In this document: positions 59,894 through 64,000 of the stretch, piece after piece
Position numbering within the stretch: position 1 is the stretch's first letter
Layout of the letters: every line of letters begins with the position of its first letter
Assembly (NCBI GenBank): GCA_017458625.1
Contig: JAFTAH010000144.1
Location: 3,106-67,105 of the forward strand
Reading direction: 5' to 3'
Length of the DNA: 64,000 nucleotides
DNA from: Kiritimatiellia bacterium
GTDB lineage: Bacteria > Verrucomicrobiota > Kiritimatiellia > CAIQIC01 > Lenti-01
Made by a program: the position numbers and the translations under genes
Notes under the pieces: model-generated
Seen by the model: the letters and a program-made list of their open reading frames with translations, nothing else
The model's database searches: none
What the model was told of the DNA's origin: nothing

Positions 59894-60423
59894 GGCGCGG
59901 AGGGGTGGGCCAGGGCGGCGCGGAGAAGGGCGGCGACGGGGCCCAGGCCATGGGATTCGACGCGGACGCCGCCGACGACCGGCATGAAGTTCGAGTCGCC
60001 CGTCCAGCGCGGCACGAGGTGGAGGTGGAGGTGGCCCTTGGCCCCGGCCCCGGCGGCGGTGCCCTGGTTGATGCCGATGTTGTAGCCCTGCGGGTGCATG
60101 GTGGCGTCAAGGGCGGCCTCGGCACGGACGAGGGCGGAACGGAGCTCGGTCCATTCGGCATCGGTCAGCTGGGTGAGGTCGGGGATGTGGCGGTAGGGAA
60201 CGGCCATGAGGTGTCCGCCCGCGTAGGGGTAGCGGTTGAGGACGAGGTAGCAGAGCTGGCCGCGCCAGACGACGAAGTTGGCGTCGTCGCCGCCGTCCAG
60301 GGCTTGGCCGATGCGGCACAGGAAGCAGCCGTCGGGGTGCGGGCCGCCGAGATAGTCCATGCGCCAGGGGGCCCAGAGGAGGGCCGGATTGGCGGGAGTG
60401 GGGGAGGGGGAGGAGTCATTCAT
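59890..60423 (-). CDS. HIT-family protein (Ap4A-hydrolase/GalT-like branch)
   Basis: Histidine triad GHLHLHLVPR and CFLC. Confidence 0.8.
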   Translation of the reverse strand: MNDSSPSPTPANPALLWAPWRMDYLGGPHPDGCFLCRIGQALDGGDDANFVVWRGQLCYLVLNRYPYAGGHLMAVPYRHIPDLTQLTDAEWTELRSALVRAEAALDATMHPQGYNIGINQGTAAGAGAKGHLHLHLVPRWTGDSNFMPVVGGVRVESHGLGPVAALLRAALAHPSAP

Positions 60424-60494
60424 GGCGGGCGAAGGATAGCGCGGGGCGGGCGCGGGTACAACGCCAAAAGGGGAAGCGCCGGGCCCGCAGTCTC

Positions 60495-61994
60495 ATGCAC
60501 GGAATTCCAGGATGCGCGAAGATATGCCATTCCTTTTTTCCATTTTTCGCCTATACTGCGCGCGCCACTCATCAGACGGTTCTGCTTGCTCCCGTGCCCT
60601 CCCTCTTTTCCATTCTGCAATCCAGTGCGCCGACGTCCTTGCGCGACCGGCTGCGGCTGGTCTTGACCCTCAGCCTGCCGGCGGTCCTGGCCCAGCTGAC
60701 GTCCATCGCGATGGAGTACATTGACGCGGCCATGGTCGGCTCGCTGGGGGCCAACGCCTCCGCCTCGATTGGCCTGATGGCCACCACTATCTGGCTCATC
60801 TACGGACTTGGCGGCGCCATCGGCAGCGGCTTTTCCGTGCAAGTCGCGCAGGCAGTCGGGGCCCGCGACGCTCCCCGCACGACCCGTCTCGTCCACGGTG
60901 GCCTACGGGCGGTGCTGCTGGCCTCGCTGGCCATTGGCCTGCTGGCAGCCCTGGTGGCGCGTCCGCTGCCCTGCTGGTTGCGCGCCGACCCGGCCATCCG
61001 TGCCGATGCCAGCCGCTACTTCCTCATTTTCGCCTGTTCGCAGCCCATCGTCATGGTGACCTACTTCGCGCTAGGCCTCCTCCAGAGCGCCGGGGACATT
61101 CGCCGGGCCAGCGTCATCAGTGCGCTCATGTGCCTTTTCGATGTCATTTTCAACGCGCTCTGCATCTTCCCTGCGCGCATCTGGCGGCTGGGACCCCTGG
61201 CCCTGCCGATGCCGGGGCTGGGCCTGGGCGTGGCGGGGGCGGCGTTCGGCACCCTGCTGGCCACGGCTACCGGCGGCCTGCTGGCTCTTGTCTACACGTT
61301 GCGGCACGCTCCGGCCCTCCGCCCGGTGCCGGGGGCCCCGCGTCGCCTGCTGCCGTCCGATGCCCGGATGGCGGTGCGCATCGCCCTTCCCATCGCGTGC
61401 GAAAGCGCGGCCCTGGCCTCCGCCAGCGTCCTGGTCACGGCCATTATCGCGCCGCTGGGCCCGACTGCGCTGGCCGCCCACTCCTTTGCCATCACGGCCG
61501 AAGCCCTCTGCTACATGTCGGCCTTCGGCTTCTCCTCCGCCGCCACCACGCTCGTCGGCCAGTCCATCGGCGCCGAGCGCCCGCCGCTCGCCCGCTCCTT
61601 CGCCTGGCTCACGACGGGGGGCGGCGTCCTGGCCGTTTCCTCCGTGGCCCTGCTCCTGTATGTGCTGGCTCCGCTCCTCTTCCGCTTCTTCACGCCCGAT
61701 GCGGCCGTGCGCGACCTCGGCGTGCTCATCCTCCGCATCGAAATGTTTGCCGAGCCCCTGTTTGCGGCGAGCATCGTGGCCAACGGGGCCCTGCGCGGGG
61801 CGGGCGACACGTTCTTCCCGGCGCTCATCAACCTCGTCAGCGTCTGGGTGGTCCGCCTGACGCTGACGTTCCTGCTGGTCCAGCGCTACGGCCTGGTCGG
61901 CGCCTGGATGGCCATGGCGGCGGAGCTCTGCCTGCGCGGCATCCTGTACCTCCTCTGGCTCACCCGGCAGCGCTTCCGCCCCCTCCGCGCCTAG
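60495..61994 (+). CDS. MATE-family efflux transporter (true start probably an internal GTG/TTG ~60590-60620)
   Basis: 12 TM helices with the MATE N-terminus LPAVLAQLTSIAMEYIDAAMVGSLG and an internal duplication. Confidence 0.8.
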   Translation: MHGIPGCAKICHSFFPFFAYTARATHQTVLLAPVPSLFSILQSSAPTSLRDRLRLVLTLSLPAVLAQLTSIAMEYIDAAMVGSLGANASASIGLMATTIWLIYGLGGAIGSGFSVQVAQAVGARDAPRTTRLVHGGLRAVLLASLAIGLLAALVARPLPCWLRADPAIRADASRYFLIFACSQPIVMVTYFALGLLQSAGDIRRASVISALMCLFDVIFNALCIFPARIWRLGPLALPMPGLGLGVAGAAFGTLLATATGGLLALVYTLRHAPALRPVPGAPRRLLPSDARMAVRIALPIACESAALASASVLVTAIIAPLGPTALAAHSFAITAEALCYMSAFGFSSAATTLVGQSIGAERPPLARSFAWLTTGGGVLAVSSVALLLYVLAPLLFRFFTPDAAVRDLGVLILRIEMFAEPLFAASIVANGALRGAGDTFFPALINLVSVWVVRLTLTFLLVQRYGLVGAWMAMAAELCLRGILYLLWLTRQRFRPLRA

Positions 61995-62004
61995 CCCGAC
62001 GCGT

Positions 62005-62062
62005 AAACACGTTTCCATTCTCTGGAAAAAGGGCAGAAACACGTTTCCATTCTCTGGAAGTC
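62005..62062 (+). repeat. 2 tandem copies (~31 bp) of AAACACGTTTCCATTCTCTGGAA(AAA), the same family as 9735-9829
   Basis: Direct reading. The array starts 11 bp after the MATE stop codon. Confidence 0.8.
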
Positions 62063-62079
62063 GTTCTTTGCGGAATTCC

Positions 62080-62115
62080 CTTTGTTCTACCGTAAAATCA
62101 CACGCTTTTTGGGGG
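62080..62115 (+). promoter_or_regulatory. copy 5 of conserved intergenic element CTTTGTTCTACCGTAAAATCACACGCTTTTTGGGGG followed by a G-rich tract
   Basis: Direct reading. It lies 199 bp upstream of the DRTGG gene. Confidence 0.35.
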
Positions 62116-62278
62116 CGTCGTGGCAGGGGCGGGAGGGGCTGTCCGACCATCGCCGGCCCGCCCGCCGCCAGCCAGAAGAAACCGTCCCCTTCCTCCCCTT
62201 TTTCCTTCCCCCGCCCCTGTTCGCGCGCTATTCTCCCTCACCCCGCCACCCTCGGCGGGGCACAGGAGACCATTCCCC

Positions 62279-62617
62279 ATGACCTTATCCGAACTTTGGC
62301 ATGCCACCGACGCCACCACGCTCTGGACCACTCCCGAGGCCGATGCCGTTCCCTGCGCCAACGTCGTCGCCTCCGACCTCATGTCCGACGTGCTCATGAC
62401 CGACGAAGACTGCCCGCTGCTCGTTACCTCCCTTGTCTCCGACCAGTCCATCCGCACCGCCCACGTCGTGGGTGCGGTCGGCGTGCTCATCGTCAACGGC
62501 AAGCTTCCGCCCCCCGAGATGGCCAAGCTGGCCGAGACTCTCCACATTCCCCTCGCGCGCACCGCTCTCTCCAAGTTCCGCGCCTGCGTCGCCCTCGGCA
62601 AGGCCTTGGCCCGCTAG
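62279..62617 (+). CDS. DRTGG-domain protein
   Basis: LLVTSLVSDQSIRTAHVVGAVGVLIVNG pattern. ~112 aa from the internal ATG. The upstream part of ORF 62120 is proline/arginine-rich non-protein-like. Confidence 0.6.
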   Translation: MTLSELWHATDATTLWTTPEADAVPCANVVASDLMSDVLMTDEDCPLLVTSLVSDQSIRTAHVVGAVGVLIVNGKLPPPEMAKLAETLHIPLARTALSKFRACVALGKALAR

Positions 62618-62684
62618 TCCCGTTTCGCCGCCTTCGACTGCCCTCGACCGCAAGCGATTGCCATCGCTGTTTTTCCTCCTTCGC

Positions 62685-62705
62685 CAACCTTTCAACCTTT
62701 CAACC
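62685..62705 (+). repeat. CAACCTTTCAACCTTTCAACC micro-tandem repeat (CCTTTCAAC x2.5)
   Basis: Direct reading. It lies 12 bp upstream of the CBS-HATPase start. The same unit is at 63682-63715. Confidence 0.6.
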
Positions 62706-62716
62706 GCGCGAGCGCG

Positions 62717-63634
62717 ATGAACCCCATCCCCCTCCCCCCCTCCGACAAATCCCCGCTCGTCTTCCTCGAGCTCCTCTACAAGCTTCGCGTCCGCGACGTC
62801 ATGTCGGAGCACCTCTTCTCCCTCCCCCGCTCCGCGACCATGCGCGAGCTCCAGCTCCTCATGGCGGAAAAGCGCATCACCGGCGTCCCCGTCGTCGAAA
62901 ACCGCCGCCTCTACGGCATCGTTACCATCGAGAATCTCATCCGCGCCTACGACCAGGGTGCCATCGAAGCCCCCGTCTCCGACTTCATGACCACCGCCGT
63001 CGTCACCGTCGAGGAGGACATGCCCCTCTCCATCGTCATGTCCTACTTCGCCAAGTACGACTACGGCCGCTTTCCCGTTCTTTCCGTCGACAACGAGCCC
63101 ATCGGCATCATCACCGCGCGCTCCCTCTCCACGCGTCTGCTCCTCGAGCTCTTCAAGGCCGTCGCCGACCTCGAGGCCAAGCTGCCCCCGCCGCCCCCCG
63201 TCTCCTCCACGTGCTACTTCAAGACCTTCCGCGTCCAGAAGTCCGACTTCGAGCACGCCGGTTCCGCCGCCACCGAGATCAAGAACACCCTGGCCGCCCG
63301 CGGCATCCCGCCCCCCATCATCCGGCGCGTCGCCATCGCCGCCTACGAGCTCGAGATCAACCTCGTCGTCCACTCCGACGGCGGCACCCTCACCTTCCGC
63401 GCCGACGAAGACGACATCCAGCTCATCGCCAAGGACACCGGCCCCGGCATTGCCGACATCTCCAAGGCCATGCAGGAAGGCTTCACCACCGCCAACGACT
63501 GGGTCAAGGCCCTCGGCTTCGGCGCCGGCATGGGACTGCCCAACGCCAAGCGCGTCTCCGACCACTTCCACATTGCCTCCCAGCTCGGCGTTGGCACCAC
63601 CGTCACTATCCGCGACGAACTCCCCAAGAAATAA
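62717..63634 (+). CDS. CBS-domain pair fused to GHKL/HATPase_c_2 (anti-sigma-factor-type Ser kinase-like) domain
   Basis: Two CBS repeats (VRDVMSEHLFSL..., VSDFMTTAVVTVEED...). C-terminus EINLVVHSDGG...DTGPGIADI...GFGAGMGLPNAKRVSD...GVGTTVTI. Confidence 0.8.
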   Translation: MNPIPLPPSDKSPLVFLELLYKLRVRDVMSEHLFSLPRSATMRELQLLMAEKRITGVPVVENRRLYGIVTIENLIRAYDQGAIEAPVSDFMTTAVVTVEEDMPLSIVMSYFAKYDYGRFPVLSVDNEPIGIITARSLSTRLLLELFKAVADLEAKLPPPPPVSSTCYFKTFRVQKSDFEHAGSAATEIKNTLAARGIPPPIIRRVAIAAYELEINLVVHSDGGTLTFRADEDDIQLIAKDTGPGIADISKAMQEGFTTANDWVKALGFGAGMGLPNAKRVSDHFHIASQLGVGTTVTIRDELPKK

Positions 63635-63681
63635 TCCCTGCCCCCCTTCATCGTTTTCATCGTTTCCATCCCTTCCATCCC

Positions 63682-63715
63682 CTTTTCAACCCTTTCAACC
63701 TTTCAACCTTTCAAC
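63682..63715 (+). repeat. CTTTTCAACCCTTTCAACCTTTCAACCTTTCAAC tandem repeat (x4)
   Basis: Direct reading. It lies 24 bp upstream of the ahcY start. Confidence 0.6.
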
Positions 63716-63738
63716 TTTTTTAACCCAAGGCCCCCCCC

Positions 63739-64000
63739 ATGACAACCCCCTCCGCAACCCCCGCCATCATCGCCGACCCCTCCCTCGCCCCCTGGGGCCG
63801 CCGCGAAATTGACCTTGCCGAGCACGAGATGCCGGGTCTGATGGCCCTCCGCGCCGAGTACGCCAGCGCCAAGCCCCTCGCCGGGGCCCGTATCGCCGGC
63901 AGCCTGCACATGACCATCCAGACGGCCGTCCGCATCGAGACCCTCCAGGCCCTTGGCGCCCGCGTCCGCTGGGCCTCCTGCAACATCTTCTCCACTCAGG
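63739..64000 (+). CDS. ahcY: adenosylhomocysteinase (3'-truncated by window end)
   Basis: [28 protein letters not shown]...[35 protein letters not shown] matches the AhcY N-terminus. Confidence 0.85.
   Translation, partial: MTTPSATPAIIADPSLAPWGRREIDLAEHEMPGLMALRAEYASAKPLAGARIAGSLHMTIQTAVRIETLQALGARVRWASCNIFSTQ

Noticed and set aside
1-64000. tRNA, rRNA, transposase, integrase or obvious prophage content
   Set aside because: No T-loop/anticodon-arm tRNA-like structures, rRNA, transposase, integrase or phage structural proteins were recognised on reading. None are reported.

Overview
This is a high-GC window (~65%) from a Gram-negative chromosome. Skp, LpxD, an OMP beta-barrel, LolA-like and YidD-like proteins are all present, and codon usage plus the giant surface proteins suggest the PVC superphylum (Lentisphaerae, Kiritimatiellae or Verrucomicrobia-like), though that cannot be proven here. 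About one third of the window is taken by four giant secreted repeat proteins of 1.3-2.8 k aa. One of these is a GH18 chitinase-like domain fused to about 20 PEGA-like repeats and Fn3 modules, and another carries a lamin-tail domain. The rest is housekeeping and envelope genes: skp-lpxD, icd, an SsnA-like amidohydrolase, an orphan MalE-like binding protein, GtrA, a TRL lipoprotein, and a LolA-like protein followed by two YidD/TPR paralogues. Further along are a CBM48 plus dual-specificity phosphatase fusion (laforin/SEX4-like), a DUF1116-fdrA pair, an M24 peptidase, and dnaA immediately followed by a Dna2/Upf1-like nuclease-helicase with no dnaN. The final third holds HIT, SPFH, three unknown genes, a ThrRS-N/uridine-kinase fusion, a secreted alpha-acetolactate decarboxylase, the ybeY/7TM-HD/phoH/HIT operon, a MATE exporter, a DRTGG plus CBS-HATPase pair and the 5' end of ahcY. 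I found no rRNA, tRNA, CRISPR array or obvious transposase. The most unusual signals are non-coding. There is a tandem hairpin repeat family (AAACAyGkTTCCATTsTCTGGAAAA) at two loci 52 kb apart. There is a co-oriented intergenic element with a TTTTACGTAAAA palindromic core and G-rich tail in five copies. There are CTAG-dense palindromic operators (TTCTAGAATCCTAGG) at three sites, and CTTTCAAC and AATCCCGG micro-repeat arrays. I could not identify a canonical known multi-gene defence system. The best candidates for something new are the dnaA-adjacent nuclease-helicase and the non-coding repeat families.
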